A stretch of 64,000 bases of DNA from Amphiscolops sp. MND2022 (taxonomy: Eukaryota): NCBI GenBank assembly GCA_964187785.1, contig OZ076416.1, positions 47,988,001 to 48,052,000 on the forward strand, read 5' to 3'. Position numbers and translations under genes: made by a program. Below the pieces are notes generated by a model. It was not told the DNA's origin. It worked only from the letters and a program-made list of their open reading frames with translations, and did not search any database. This document shows, piece after piece, positions 62,590-64,000 of the stretch; positions within the stretch are counted from its first letter, which is position 1; each line of letters begins with the position of its first letter.

Positions 62590-62680
62590 ACACTATTGTA
62601 GAACCAGCCAAACAGCGAAGTGCATCTTGAACAGCAAACGATGATGAAACAATTTGACGATGGTCTTGCTGGTGACATGA
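62590..62680 (-). CDS. Possible upstream exon with a divergent GPS-like motif
   Basis: IVCCSRCTSLFGWF resembles C.C.HLT.F in the expected position before TM1; splice sites not resolved. Confidence 0.3.
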
Positions 62681-63561
62681 CGTTTTAATCACTTCTTCAG
62701 CTTTTCAAGACATCATAATGTCCTAATACAGGACTCTTGGATGAAAGACAAAAAAAAACATTCATTTAGCATTGACTTAGTGTATTGCAGAATCTCTTGA
62801 AAACTATTTTGTCGAAACGAAATTCAGCACCTCTTCGATTATTTTTGTCGAACTCGGTTTTAAATTGAAACGAAATGAAAAAAAATAGAAATTGTCTGCT
62901 GGGTAAGTATTTTGTAAAACCTCACAAAACGACATTTACGCTAAACATTCATTTCATTATCATAGTAATGTCGGACATGACAACCACCTGTAAACAAAGT
63001 TCACAGAAATTGATCGTCCAAGTCCTTATTCTGTATTTTTAGGGAGGCACTTAGCTTGTGAGATACATCGTATCACACTTGGCAAGACCCACGGCGAGAA
63101 CGTGGCCTCCTTCGGGTCTCAAAAGTATTTCAAATGATGGGATATGGTGTCTCGGTAGGATTTTTTGCTTTAACAGAGTTTAATCCTTGATTTTTATCAA
63201 TTTATATTCCCGAGCAAGGCTTTGTTATTGCTTAACTACGGCCTATATGTTCTAGAAGCGCCATATTCATTCCAACAATGGCATTTGATGATTTGAAATC
63301 AATTTTTTCCACTGATTGTTGGCGTTGATATGATGTTGCTTCAATCAGTTCAAAGCGCACCGGTCATATCTATTCCATTTGGATATAGAGTTCGAAAAAA
63401 AACACAGCAAAGAAAATACTTCGATCATTTGATATGCGCTCTTGTTGATGGAACGGATCAGAGGCTGAACAAATATGCCCAGTCTATGGTCAATCTTTAA
63501 CTACACTAGTTTTCTCAATAATAAATTTCTTTCAGAGATCTGCGAAGGTCTCAACATATAG

Positions 63562-63610
63562 CATCCCTAATCGAATTTGAACATCCCTAATCGAACTTGA
63601 ACATCCCTAA
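63562..63610. repeat. 20-bp tandem repeat x2.5
   Basis: CATCCCTAATCGAATTTGAA / CATCCCTAATCGAACTTGAA / CATCCCTAA. Confidence 0.85.
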
Positions 63611-64000
63611 AGAATCTTGCAGAAATCAGACATATCAGACAATTTCTGGAAGAATTTTCAAGTGACTCATTTCAAATAAAACCTGTCACTTCCAGACATT
63701 TTTTTGCAAAAATCAAAGGTTTCCTGTAACATCCGTTCAAAATACCTTCAAGCTAACAAATATTCTATTACCTGGAGGTGCTTCAAAGTGTACATATTCT
63801 CTCGAAAATCATTGACGGTACAGATATTTCTTCGAAGCAATTCTCTTGGAAAATATTTCTCCTGATAATAACTTATTTACTTACTCCTGGTAGAAACATT
63901 TTCACTAGGATACCAAAATGCGAGACCGTTAATTTTGGCTACAAAAAAAATTGAATCACGAAAACTTAGACATATTCAATTCACAAAAAACAAGAGTTGC

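Noticed and set aside
63040-63150. GC-richer stretch that could be another minus-strand exon (LPRHHIPSFEILLRPEGGHVLAVG...)
   Set aside because: No clear donor or acceptor, and no family motif.

Overview
AT-rich animal genomic DNA with GC3-rich exons and GT-AG introns; no prokaryotic features. (1) Bases 1-37.7k are a head-to-tail array of about 63 units (my count) in three domains: ~620-bp monomers, a ~1.9-kb trimer, and ~575-bp monomers. Each unit carries a ~105-nt core with a Pol III A box, a panhandle and a T-run terminator. The core aligns in register, with compensatory base changes, to vertebrate vault RNA, so the satellite reads as a large tandem array of vault-RNA-like genes and pseudogenes. 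(2) 37.7-43.4k: two diverged tRNA-Arg(TCT)-containing repeats (one broken by a micro-inversion) flank a decayed 4.8-kb element. (3) 43994-49159: a full-length but inactivated Ty3/Gypsy (Mag-like) LTR retrotransposon with 195-bp LTRs and an ATAGT target-site duplication. (4) 50.8-62k, minus strand: ten phase-compatible exons of a polycystin-1-family (PLAT + transmembrane) gene. One of its introns appears to have been created by a hAT-like MITE (introner-like). The introns also hold Tc1-like and EnSpm-like MITEs, a tRNA-derived SINE and a perfect 190-bp palindrome. All calls come from reading the sequence by eye; no searches were run.
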